DNA of 64,000 bases from Candidatus Woesearchaeota archaeon (GTDB lineage Archaea > Nanobdellota > Nanobdellia > Pacearchaeales > GW2011-AR1): assembly GCA_964497435.1 (NCBI GenBank), contig CAZCCD010000001.1:87009-151008 (forward strand), in the 5' to 3' direction. A program made the translations under genes and the position numbers. The notes beneath the pieces are model-generated. The model searched no databases. It saw nothing but the letters and a program-made list of their open reading frames with translations, and had not been told where the DNA came from. Below are positions 46,011 to 55,061 of this stretch, one piece after another; the first letter of the stretch is position 1; every line of letters starts with the position of its first letter.

Positions 46011-47819
46011 TTAACAACTCATTCCAAGCCTATTTCTAACCTCACTAACATCTTGATAATTTATAACAGAGTCTTGACTATTAACATTTAAATGATCTCT
46101 ACCAGTTAATGATTGTCCTTGATTATAAATAACCAATGCTAAATCAATAATATTTATGATTAAATCGTCGTTGACGTCGGCTTGTTGACATGTCACAATT
46201 GGAATTCCTGGATTATACTCATAAGCTCCCATGTCAGGAGCACTTCCATACCATAATTTACAACCAACTTGATTTGGATCTATCGATGCTGAAACATTGC
46301 AGTGATATCCTGGAACTTTAACACCGCCATCGATGGCTGGAGAAGTTAAAGGATTTGGCCTTAAGAAATCTGGAGAAGAGGGGTTTGTTGAGAGGAATTG
46401 GGGATTGAGTTGTTTTGAATTAATTTCTAAGTCTGGCCTAATTGTCCTCAATGTGTTTAGGTCGTAATTAGAAGTACCGTACTGAATCACGCCGGTTTCG
46501 AAATCATCATAATAAATATTATAACCTGATTTTAAGTCGAGAATATCATTTGGGCTCTCTAACAATAAATTTTCCCCTCCTGAAAGACCATAATTGATTA
46601 TCATGTTATTGTATAGGGTAGAATTCAAATTTTGATTACCAGGCCCGCTATTAAAATCAATACCAGTCTCGCTGGGCGTATTTGCTAAAATATTATTAAA
46701 AACCCTAACATTTCTTAGATGAGAATCGCATCTGTCCTCCATATCCCTTAATTGGATATCGGGGCCGTAATATTTCCAACCATTAGGAAAATTACCTGAT
46801 GAATTGTATATTACATTCTCATATACATCATTGTCTCCAGTATATCTAGGAGGAGGACCATAATCTCCCCAACCATCATACAATACAGGACACCAGATAG
46901 CTATATCTACTCCATTCCGAGTGAATTTGTTTCTTCTAATAATGCTATTAGATACCATCTGCTTGAAGAAAATCGCAAAAGTACCAACATCATGAATATA
47001 GTTGTCTTCAATTGTCACATTCTTGGTTCTGTAAATATTTATTCCAGCACAGTTTGCGGCAAGACAAACACCTCCCCCATCAGTTTCCATTATTGGTCCG
47101 TATATTTCGTTTCCCCTAATCACTATGTTATTGGAAGGGTTGTAGTAGATGCCAATGTGGGCGCAGTTCTCCCCTCCCGTACCAAGATTGTCGTGAATGA
47201 CACTATCTTGGACAGTAACCCAATCTGCGAAGAAGAAAACTCCGCCACAAGCTGATTTTGTAAATTCCATGTGATCGACGGTCTGATAAGAAGAAAGGCA
47301 GGCAGCCTGATGCCAATAATCATTATCATATCCCGCTAGCCTTGCATAAGTCGGACCAGTGTGATAACCCATAACTATTGTTCTTGGATAATCTGGATGG
47401 CCTTTAAATATTGTGGGGATTCCCAGAGTTCCAGAATTCTCAGGATGTAATGTGGCGCCACCACCCCAATTACAAGGTTTAGTAGGGACTTCATTATAAG
47501 TTCCTCCTAAAAAAATCACAACATTTCCCGACGCTGCCGTGTTAGCCTTTGCCATTGTGCACCAAGGCTGTGAAAAGGTTCCAGCCCCAGCATCACTACA
47601 ACTCGGGTTTACCTTATTCACATATCTAAATTGTCCACTCGGACATTGACTATAATAATCTCCCCTAAACCAGACACCATTTGCTCCATTATTTGTGTCG
47701 CAGCAATATCCTGTTCCATCAGGATAAGTTTGGTTTCCGCAACTTATGACTGCAGAAATATTTTGAGATAAATTTACAACTAACATCAAAGCAAAAATCA
47801 ACAATAAACCTCTTTTCAT
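46011..47819 (-). CDS. secreted right-handed beta-helix protein (602 aa) with C-terminal dockerin-like module (type A)
   Basis: It has a signal peptide and PbH1-like repeats (VIHDNLGTGGENCAHIGIYYN…IRGNEIYG…IEDNYIHDVG). The C-terminal 100 aa are almost identical to the 1646..3718 product (…WYGSAPDMGAYEYNPGIPIVTCQQADVNDDLIINIIDLALVIYNQGQ…). Confidence 0.6.
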   Translation of the reverse strand: MKRGLLLIFALMLVVNLSQNISAVISCGNQTYPDGTGYCCDTNNGANGVWFRGDYYSQCPSGQFRYVNKVNPSCSDAGAGTFSQPWCTMAKANTAASGNVVIFLGGTYNEVPTKPCNWGGGATLHPENSGTLGIPTIFKGHPDYPRTIVMGYHTGPTYARLAGYDNDYWHQAACLSSYQTVDHMEFTKSACGGVFFFADWVTVQDSVIHDNLGTGGENCAHIGIYYNPSNNIVIRGNEIYGPIMETDGGGVCLAANCAGINIYRTKNVTIEDNYIHDVGTFAIFFKQMVSNSIIRRNKFTRNGVDIAIWCPVLYDGWGDYGPPPRYTGDNDVYENVIYNSSGNFPNGWKYYGPDIQLRDMEDRCDSHLRNVRVFNNILANTPSETGIDFNSGPGNQNLNSTLYNNMIINYGLSGGENLLLESPNDILDLKSGYNIYYDDFETGVIQYGTSNYDLNTLRTIRPDLEINSKQLNPQFLSTNPSSPDFLRPNPLTSPAIDGGVKVPGYHCNVSASIDPNQVGCKLWYGSAPDMGAYEYNPGIPIVTCQQADVNDDLIINIIDLALVIYNQGQSLTGRDHLNVNSQDSVINYQDVSEVRNRLGMSC

Positions 47820-47865
47820 AAGTTAATATATTTAACATACTTTTTAATCTTTATTCTAATAGAGT

Positions 47866-48321
47866 TTAAGAAGAATTAAGAACATCAAACATAGACATTA
47901 TCTTTAGTTGTCTTCTGTGTAAGGGTCTTCTATCAACAACAACGTAAATTCTACCTTTAGTTACATCTACATCACACCATCTTAATGTATTAAGAGCATC
48001 TTCCAAAGATTTCCCAGTTGTAACAACGTCATCAACTAAAAGAAACGCCCCCTTTGGAATTTGGCCTTTAATCTCGCCATCTTTTATTATAGAACATAAA
48101 GTGTGATTTACTCTAGAAGCTTCTCTGGCAATCAATGCTCCTCCTGTTGGAATTCCAAGGTAGTGGGGAGAATGAGGGATGTAATTAAGTATCTCTCTAA
48201 GCCAAGCATCGTCCATCAACATGGAATTAATATCATAAAGTGTATCTGATTTATCTCCACTATGAAGAGTAAATGGTTCTCCTGGTTTTGCCCTTTGAAT
48301 GTATTTTTCAGGGAAGTTCAT
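47866..48321 (-). CDS. type I phosphoribosyltransferase (orotate-PRTase-like, short form)
   Basis: 'FLLVDDVVTTGKS' is the PRPP-binding motif, and 'FTLHSGDKSDTLYDI' is like OPRTase FTLSSGxxSPxYxD. Confidence 0.55.
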   Translation of the reverse strand: MNFPEKYIQRAKPGEPFTLHSGDKSDTLYDINSMLMDDAWLREILNYIPHSPHYLGIPTGGALIAREASRVNHTLCSIIKDGEIKGQIPKGAFLLVDDVVTTGKSLEDALNTLRWCDVDVTKGRIYVVVDRRPLHRRQLKIMSMFDVLNSS

Positions 48322-48372
48322 AATAAAACAAATAAAAAACCTTATATAAATTTAATTGAGAAGAGTTATTAT

Positions 48373-48720
48373 TTATCTTTCAATTTCAATCCCTAATCTT
48401 GTCAATAAGCTATCTATATGTGGTTTTTTCCCTGATATTTCTTCTCTTTTTATGACTATTGGATTTCCTAAACCCCAATAACTTATCTCTCCTGCAGAAT
48501 CAGCATAACAATCTTGATCTGTGTCTTTGTAGAATGTAGACTTTTTAATGCCTGTTATGACTAAAACATCAGAATTCCCTTCTTGGTATAATTTAAATTT
48601 ACCATATATATCTCTAAGATCTATGGGACACGATATTGTTTGTACAGGAGCAGATACTAAACTAGCAAGTAAAACAGCACTAAGCCCTTTATTTTTTGGA
48701 ATTAAATTCTTGATTTTCAT
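48373..48720 (-). CDS. small secreted protein, unknown function
   Basis: It has a signal peptide (LSAVLLASLVSAPVQT) and is 115 aa. There is no recognisable motif. Confidence 0.3.
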   Translation of the reverse strand: MKIKNLIPKNKGLSAVLLASLVSAPVQTISCPIDLRDIYGKFKLYQEGNSDVLVITGIKKSTFYKDTDQDCYADSAGEISYWGLGNPIVIKREEISGKKPHIDSLLTRLGIEIER

Positions 48721-48780
48721 ATTAAAATATATTGTTTTATCTTTATATATTTTTTGGTAGTTATTACTATAAAGAAATAA

Positions 48781-51700
48781 CTATTCAACTCCAGAAACTT
48801 TAGGAACTGTTTTTGTTGTAGTTGAAGAACTAGAAAAACTAATTAAATAATCATCTTTATTTGGATTATTGTATGTATCTTTACACTTAATATAATAATT
48901 GTAAGTTTTTCCATTTGTCAAGCCAGTTATAATTTGTGTGTGGTTTGTGCTGTTGGTTGTTGTAAAAGTGTTTGTCATTGAATCGTACAAAACATTTGAA
49001 GTTGTTGAATATTTACAAGTTGATATTTCATCTGTTGTTAATGAAATTGTTGTTTGTGTTGTTCCACTTGATAGAGTTCCTGAAGGTTTTCCATTTGACC
49101 TTATTGGAGGAATTGTATCTGCAGGAGTTATATCAATGATTATTCCAGAAGCGGCTAATTCTGACTCAATGTTTTGTAATTCATCTTGTGTGTAAGTTGT
49201 TTGTGTGCCTGAAACTTGGTTAGAACAAATTGGTGCAGGGCCTCCTTTAAATATGCTATTGACTAAATAAATAATATCAGCCGCAGAAATTTTTGTGTCC
49301 CCATTTGCATCAGCTGCCTCTAGTATTTCAGGAGCTTGACCACCTTTAAATATATGGTTGACTAAAAATATTATATCTGCACTCGTAATCCTTCCATCAT
49401 TATTAGCATCTCCGCAATAATCACTAAATCTCATTTCCTCCAAATTATCATTATAGGCACTATCTCCAATCAAACTAGGCCTTATGTAATTTAAATTAGG
49501 CCAATCACTAACCAAGTCAGTAATCTTAAAACTCAAGACAAGAACATTGTCATTTCCTTCAGAAATGCTTTGGAAATTTGTGTTAGAATCATAATTGTAT
49601 AAATGGAATTTCATTGCTTTTTCAGAGGCAGAAATATATATTGGTGAAATAGGATTTGTATTATAAATATTCATTGATGATGCCCTTCCTTGAACACTTG
49701 AGTAATAAGGCTCATAATAATATTTGCTTGAGTCATATCTTAATATAGTCTCTAAACCTACAACTGGAGCATTATTTTCTAAATTAAATGTTATATCAAC
49801 ATAAGGAGCACTTGTCGGTATTGGTTGGCCAATTGAATTAGGATCTCTTCTCCATACAACAGGACTAACTTGATAATCAACAATGGCTTTATTAATTGAT
49901 AACGGAATTTTCTGGCATTGTTGAGAATTTCCATTAACTAAATATTTTTTCATTAATAAATAATCTCCAACATCAACCTTGTTATTTTTGTCAAAATCAT
50001 AATTATCCCAATACTCGAGTGAATTAGTATTTAAATTTTTTAAGGTAATCCAGTATAATTCATTCAAATCATTAGTTGTAAAAGTTTCAAAATCTAAGTC
50101 AACATCTCCGCAATATAAATTAACATCAGTGCAGCTTAATCCATCAGGAGAACAGAATGGAGTATTGGAAGGACAGCCGCAGACATCGCATCTTTGTGGA
50201 AAAGGAGCCAGTTCTCTGTTAACTTTAACAGCGCCTTTTGACATATAATAAGAATGGAAAAGGTTTCCATTTTCATATGTTAATTTATAAAACCCATCAA
50301 GAGTGTCTCTATTATTTGGAAAACACCTTGAACCAGAACATTTGTTATCAGGCCATAAAACTTCCCAATCAGGAGTTTGGTGATTTATACCTAATCCAGA
50401 TAAATAATAATAATCTTTACTCAATCCTTCGGAATCTTCAGCACATTGTGTTGACTGAAATCTTCCTGTAACATGGTTTTTTACAAAATAATGAAAGTAC
50501 ATAATTTTGTGGTAAGATTCTTCTAGTCCAGCATAAGCCCCCCTAATACATGACCAATCATCTCCGGCACATCCAGAAAATGAAACACTACGACAATCAT
50601 CAAATCCAGGCCATCCGCAAAATGCATTAATGCCATCATTCCCATTAGGGTTAGTAACTCCAACTATATTCCAACAATCTCTTAAACAATCACCATTATC
50701 ATTAGGGTCACACATGTGCAAAACATTATCTCCTAATGGGCCATTAGTTTCTCCTCCGAATTGCCTGCTACCACCCGGCAAAATAGAGTATATCCCTCTT
50801 CTCCAATCACCAGGAGGCAAATCATAGTAAACTGGTTTTGGATCAGAGACTATAGCTAAAAGCTCACATGCGTCATTTTCATTTCCTCTGCCTGCTGTTC
50901 TGTAAACACAAACCATTCTCGGCATCTGGTCATGGAATTTGTCTAAACTCTGATAACTAACTTTATGGGATAATAAACTCCCGTCATCATAATTAACTGT
51001 TAGTTTGGCATCATAAAAACATCCTGGGACCTCTGCATCGGTATCAATCTGTCCAAGTATTCCTTCTTCTACCTCCCCCACTCCATTGACGCCAGGAACA
51101 TCTGTCCAAGTCCCTGATAAGTCTTTTCTTTCAATTTTCCAATTAATTACATTCTTGTCGCTTTCACCTGCAGCCCCTTCCACATTTCTTGCCCTTCCGA
51201 AATAATCTGCATCTGTTGTGTCTATAAAAGTGTCTTCTTGTTCTAAAGGATAATTAATCCCATGATATCTCGAGCTTTTAGTTTCATCAGGAAAGAGTTG
51301 TATACATTCCCAATAAGGAATTCCATGTTCTACCCAAAATGCCAGACATATTTCGTTAATATGATCTCTATCTTCATCAACTAAATAATAAAGAAAAGTT
51401 GGATAATCTACTGGGCCGCCAATCCCCCGCATTAATACTCTCATAACTGTTTCTGAAACCTCCTTTCCAGTAAATCCAAGATTTAACATACTATATCTAT
51501 ATCTTGCAAGTGCAATTAAGAGAACATCCCCTCTCAAATGATCTTCTGAAAGCCAAAATTCAGGACTGTCATATCTTGAAGGACCGTATGAAAGTGGAAT
51601 AATATTTAACCCTTCTATTTCCCAAAAAAGATTCAAACTTAAAAATTCTGCTACACCCTCTCGCAACCCCCTAAATTCTGGATCATCATCATAAAAATTC

Positions 51701-53301
51701 CAATTCTCTAAACCCATTAAAGATGCATGTAACATATGCCCCATCTCATGAGAAACTGTAAGTTCATCTAAAGAGAATGGCTCACTCCTCCCTATGCGTT
51801 TAGATATAAGGATTTCTCTATTCTCTGCGTCAGCTGTTCCTGCTGTATCATCATCCTCAAAATCATGGTTTATTTTTATCTGAATGTCTGGCATCATAAA
51901 TATGCTGGGGTTTTCAATATCATGAACATAATAGTTATAAAACTGGGTGGCATAAAATAAAGTTGATGATGCTTCTTTCTTATAAGATTGATCCCCTAAG
52001 AGAGGATCAGAATAGTCAAAGTTATAAGGTGTATCAGGATACATTTTTTCTCCTTCAAGATCACTAACTAACAAGCCGTTATCTGATAATCCAATAACAG
52101 TTACAATCGGCCATGTGTTATCGAAAAGATCTTTATTCCAAGTGCTGAAAGTGAATATAGGAGTTATTTCAATTTCTGTAGAGTCAAATTCAAAATTCCC
52201 CTCTCTATCAGCTGCGGCAAAAGATCTATTACAGTCAATATCAAGATTACATCCAAGTATTTCTGTACAAGGCAATCCATCAATAGAACATATATCTAAG
52301 GTTTTATTATCGTCATTATCACTATCAAAACAATAATTATCTCTGCATGATCTAAGAAAGTATGAATCACAAAACGATCTTTCATCAAACTCAAGGCTCT
52401 CAGAAAGTATACACGACCCATAATCATTGCCATCATCATAAAAAATGCCTATTCTTGGGAATGGCTCTTTTTTAGGCACCCGATTAAGATCTTCATCATA
52501 CCAAAGATATTCTCCTTCTATGCTGCCAGAATAACGGGCATAATTTATTAAATTTTTGATAAGGAGTATCTCTCCTGTATGGGCGTCAACTAAATACATC
52601 AAGCTTATATGTTCTACTTCATAGTCTGGAAGAATTTCCCACACTAAATGATAAGTCGTTAACTCTTTTTCAACCTTAGGATAAATTTTAAGCGCTCCTC
52701 TAGAAGATGAAAAAATATTATTATCATTTTCAACCTCATATTCTTTTACAATCCTTTCAGCTTCTTCCTTTGTTATACTTGGATTTACATCTAGATTTAT
52801 GTTGGGATTAAAATTAGATTCATAAGACCTAAGCTTACTGTCTTTGAATGCTAGTTTGGTGTAGCTTCCCATAACACGAATTCCCTTATATTCTTGATAA
52901 AAATTAACTACACCAAGATCTTCATTAGATAATCTAGCTGGTGGAGAATAATATGCTTTATCTAAAATTATTTTTTCATTGTCAACTTTTAATATTGCTT
53001 TATTGCTTTGAAGAAATTCTCGTGTTGCTTCTTCAAGGTTCTCTTTGTTAATATTAACATTTGTAACAGAAATACCTAGTTTTGAGTAAATTCTGTTGGG
53101 GATTTTTGTTTCCTTATCATACCCAATTTTAACACCTTCTTTTTCTAATGTTTGTTCAAGGCTTGTAGTCCTTTCTATTGAAAAGAAAAATTTTCCTCCT
53201 TCCTTAATAGCCAATCCAGTAAAACCTTTAGTTAGTAAGAATACAATTATGAATACGCCAAGTAAACCTAAGATTAGCAGTCTTTGAGCCTCTTTTCTCA
53301 T
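48781..53301 (-). CDS. giant (1506 aa) secreted zincin metalloprotease with dockerin-like module (type B) and C-terminal Ig-like domain
   Basis: It has an N-terminal signal/TM and an HExxH motif (VSHEMGHMLH) followed by a downstream Glu. Residues about 1290-1356 read GDANNDGRITSADIIFLVNHIFKGGQAP…[27 protein letters not shown]. The C-terminal ~95-aa domain is shared with the scaffoldin-like protein (…PPIRSNGKPSGTLSSGTTQTTISLTTDEISTCKY…). Confidence 0.55.
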   Translation of the reverse strand: MRKEAQRLLILGLLGVFIIVFLLTKGFTGLAIKEGGKFFFSIERTTSLEQTLEKEGVKIGYDKETKIPNRIYSKLGISVTNVNINKENLEEATREFLQSNKAILKVDNEKIILDKAYYSPPARLSNEDLGVVNFYQEYKGIRVMGSYTKLAFKDSKLRSYESNFNPNINLDVNPSITKEEAERIVKEYEVENDNNIFSSSRGALKIYPKVEKELTTYHLVWEILPDYEVEHISLMYLVDAHTGEILLIKNLINYARYSGSIEGEYLWYDEDLNRVPKKEPFPRIGIFYDDGNDYGSCILSESLEFDERSFCDSYFLRSCRDNYCFDSDNDDNKTLDICSIDGLPCTEILGCNLDIDCNRSFAAADREGNFEFDSTEIEITPIFTFSTWNKDLFDNTWPIVTVIGLSDNGLLVSDLEGEKMYPDTPYNFDYSDPLLGDQSYKKEASSTLFYATQFYNYYVHDIENPSIFMMPDIQIKINHDFEDDDTAGTADAENREILISKRIGRSEPFSLDELTVSHEMGHMLHASLMGLENWNFYDDDPEFRGLREGVAEFLSLNLFWEIEGLNIIPLSYGPSRYDSPEFWLSEDHLRGDVLLIALARYRYSMLNLGFTGKEVSETVMRVLMRGIGGPVDYPTFLYYLVDEDRDHINEICLAFWVEHGIPYWECIQLFPDETKSSRYHGINYPLEQEDTFIDTTDADYFGRARNVEGAAGESDKNVINWKIERKDLSGTWTDVPGVNGVGEVEEGILGQIDTDAEVPGCFYDAKLTVNYDDGSLLSHKVSYQSLDKFHDQMPRMVCVYRTAGRGNENDACELLAIVSDPKPVYYDLPPGDWRRGIYSILPGGSRQFGGETNGPLGDNVLHMCDPNDNGDCLRDCWNIVGVTNPNGNDGINAFCGWPGFDDCRSVSFSGCAGDDWSCIRGAYAGLEESYHKIMYFHYFVKNHVTGRFQSTQCAEDSEGLSKDYYYLSGLGINHQTPDWEVLWPDNKCSGSRCFPNNRDTLDGFYKLTYENGNLFHSYYMSKGAVKVNRELAPFPQRCDVCGCPSNTPFCSPDGLSCTDVNLYCGDVDLDFETFTTNDLNELYWITLKNLNTNSLEYWDNYDFDKNNKVDVGDYLLMKKYLVNGNSQQCQKIPLSINKAIVDYQVSPVVWRRDPNSIGQPIPTSAPYVDITFNLENNAPVVGLETILRYDSSKYYYEPYYSSVQGRASSMNIYNTNPISPIYISASEKAMKFHLYNYDSNTNFQSISEGNDNVLVLSFKITDLVSDWPNLNYIRPSLIGDSAYNDNLEEMRFSDYCGDANNDGRITSADIIFLVNHIFKGGQAPEILEAADANGDTKISAADIIYLVNSIFKGGPAPICSNQVSGTQTTYTQDELQNIESELAASGIIIDITPADTIPPIRSNGKPSGTLSSGTTQTTISLTTDEISTCKYSTTSNVLYDSMTNTFTTTNSTNHTQIITGLTNGKTYNYYIKCKDTYNNPNKDDYLISFSSSSTTTKTVPKVSGVE
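49215..49440 (-). other. dockerin-like module (type B) inside the metalloprotease
   Basis: It has the same duplicated DANxDG…[14 protein letters not shown] segments as the 12054..13919 product. Confidence 0.5.
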
Positions 53302-53349
53302 TAGAAAATATAAAGAACAATATTACTTAAACTTTACTAGGATAAAGAA

Positions 53350-53769
53350 CTATTTTAATTTCCAAGATTTTTCCACTTCTCTCATATCTGGCTTATTTTC
53401 TCTTATTTCTATTTCGAACAACTTAAGTAAACGGCCTGTACGAGCCCTAGCCATTTCTCCCCTAGAATCTGCCTTACCATCTCTATCCTTGTCCCTATAG
53501 AATTCAAATGGTTTTCTAACTCTTTCTCTAATTAGATAAATGGAATTGTCTGAGCCTAATGTAGAATCTGTATAGACAGTATCTCTAGTATGGTTGCTAT
53601 AAGGGGGGACCACTGTTGAATTAGAGACACTAGGTATTATAACCACAGTAGCAAGAGCAACAGCTCTTGCAAACCCCGATTTTCTAAGTCCATAATCATT
53701 GACTCCCATAGCATGTCTATTAATGTCTGGTTTATAAATCTTTAGAATGTGACTACTTTTAAGGAACAA
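53350..53769 (-). CDS. hypothetical protein
   Basis: The ORF is 139 aa and has no recognisable motifs. Confidence 0.25.
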   Translation of the reverse strand: MFLKSSHILKIYKPDINRHAMGVNDYGLRKSGFARAVALATVVIIPSVSNSTVVPPYSNHTRDTVYTDSTLGSDNSIYLIRERVRKPFEFYRDKDRDGKADSRGEMARARTGRLLKLFEIEIRENKPDMREVEKSWKLK

Positions 53770-53800
53770 GGAAGCATATAATTTATGCTCTTTTCATCCA

Positions 53801-54424
53801 TCATCTTAAACTCTTCCTTAATAACCATAAATCTTTTTTAACATTATCGCTGTTCTGGAGATAAGAACCAGTTATGAATAAATTAGCTCCTGCTTCTGCA
53901 GCTTTAGGGGTATTTTCCAGGCCAAGTCCTCCGTCAACCTCTATGTTCAGTTTTGGTTTTAATTTTCTAAGTTGTCTAACTTTTTTTAATGTAAATGGTA
54001 AAAATTTATTCCCATATTTACCAGGATAGACAGTCATAACAAGAACAAGATTTACTTTATTCAAGTATTTTTTAATCTTATTAATTGAAGTTTTAGGATT
54101 AATTGCTATGCCAACTCTTTTTCTTTTGGATTTTATTAGTTTAATTATTTCATCAGGATTTTTCACAGCTTCAATATGGAATATAATTGTGTGAACTCTT
54201 CTAGCATATTTATTTATCCATTTTTCTGGATTAAGCATCATTAAATGAGCTTCATAATTTCCTTTTGGAACTTTAAAATCAAACATTAATGATTTATTCT
54301 TGACAAATTTTCTATCCATGACATCTAGCTGTAAGCGTTTAATATATTTTTTAACTTTTGAAATTCTCTTATTTAACTCTTCCTGATTTTTGGCAATTAT
54401 AGAAGCGATTATTTGCTTTTTCAT
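53801..54424 (-). CDS. rpe: ribulose-phosphate 3-epimerase
   Basis: It has the RPE pattern: LQLDVMDRKFV (DVMDG.FVPN-like), HLMMLNPEKWI, HIEA, VGIAINPKT, LVLVMTVYPGKYG (MsVnPGfgGQ-like), and VDGGLGLEN…GANLFITGSY. The start was taken at MKKQII; the track start at 54478 is probably over-extended. Confidence 0.7.
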   Translation of the reverse strand: MKKQIIASIIAKNQEELNKRISKVKKYIKRLQLDVMDRKFVKNKSLMFDFKVPKGNYEAHLMMLNPEKWINKYARRVHTIIFHIEAVKNPDEIIKLIKSKRKRVGIAINPKTSINKIKKYLNKVNLVLVMTVYPGKYGNKFLPFTLKKVRQLRKLKPKLNIEVDGGLGLENTPKAAEAGANLFITGSYLQNSDNVKKDLWLLRKSLR

Positions 54425-54432
54425 TTTATAAG

Positions 54433-54557
54433 GGGAGAGGTCATAAGAACTTTTCGGTTGCTGGATGCATCGAGACAAAAGGCAAAGCCTTTAGCTGCTT
54501 CGCCAAAATGTCAAAGCAAACCAGCTGGAGGTTTCAATTCCGTAGGTTCTTTTTATT
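54433..54557 (+). ncRNA. structured RNA-like repeated element, copy 1 (125 nt, 100% identical to copy 2)
   Basis: The sequence is GGGAGAGGTCATAAGAACTTTTCGGTTGCTGGATGCATCGAGACAAAAGGCAAAGCCTTTAGCTGCTTCGCCAAAATGTCAAAGCAAACCAGCTGGAGGTTTCAATTCCGTAGGTTCTTTTTATT. There is a TATA-like ttttataa immediately 5' and an oligo-T at the 3' end. It can form a GGC-AAA-GCC hairpin and GCTGG/CCAGC and GCAT/ATGT helices. Confidence 0.45.
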
Positions 54558-54625
54558 TTTCATATATTTTAGGAATTATCTTTTATAATCATGAAATCCC
54601 AAGACCCACCAGAAAAGGATTTTGA

Positions 54626-54826
54626 TTAATGATTAGCAGATTCTATAGCCTTTTTTGTATCTTTTAAAAATATGCGGCTTGCCTTAGGAATTTCTATCCC
54701 TATAACGCTTCCGTCTCTTGATAAGTCTATTACAATTCCATTAGGCAGTTCTACACTCTTCCAATATTCTTTATTTTGGAGCCTTACACCAAGGACATCT
54801 TCTTCTTTATCATACCACTGTTCCAT
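54626..54826 (-). CDS. DUF2283-like small protein
   Basis: 'YDKEEDVLGVRL…GIVIDLSRDGSVIGIEIPKAS' matches the DUF2283 pattern. Confidence 0.4.
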   Translation of the reverse strand: MEQWYDKEEDVLGVRLQNKEYWKSVELPNGIVIDLSRDGSVIGIEIPKASRIFLKDTKKAIESANH

Positions 54827-54827
54827 T

Positions 54828-55061
54828 TTAATCTAACCAATATGCAGTTATTATTCTTTTTATACCTTTTCCTTTTTCTCTATAAACAACTTTTAAAACT
54901 CTTCCTGAAGGAAGAATTCTTGTAATAGCGTTAAAAGCGTTTTTCCAATTTTTATCCTTTAATTTTTCAGAATTGTTAATACATATTTCTATTAAATCAT
55001 CTGTGATTTCAGGGCGATATTTCTTTTGTTTTTCCCAATGAAATGAATATTCAATTTTCAT
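54828..55061 (-). CDS. DUF4258-like small protein (pair with the DUF2283 gene)
   Basis: The C-terminal 'RVLKVVYREKGKGIKRIITAYWLD' is like the DUF4258 'lrVVv….i.VITvY' pattern. It overlaps rpiB by 4 nt. Confidence 0.35.
   Translation of the reverse strand: MKIEYSFHWEKQKKYRPEITDDLIEICINNSEKLKDKNWKNAFNAITRILPSGRVLKVVYREKGKGIKRIITAYWLD

Noticed and set aside
54433-54557. Possibility that the repeated element is a tRNA or split tRNA
   Set aside because: There is no 7-bp acceptor stem plus T-arm (GGTTCRAATCC-like) or anticodon-arm geometry on either strand. It has no CCA context, and at 125 nt it is too long without intron-like bulge-helix-bulge features.
54413-54625. 70-aa + strand ORF overlapping copy 1 of the repeated element
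   Set aside because: It consists almost entirely of the repeated non-coding element and has no partner ORF at the other copies in the same frame context. It is more parsimonious as RNA or regulatory sequence. ORF 63088..63282 near copy 3 was rejected similarly.
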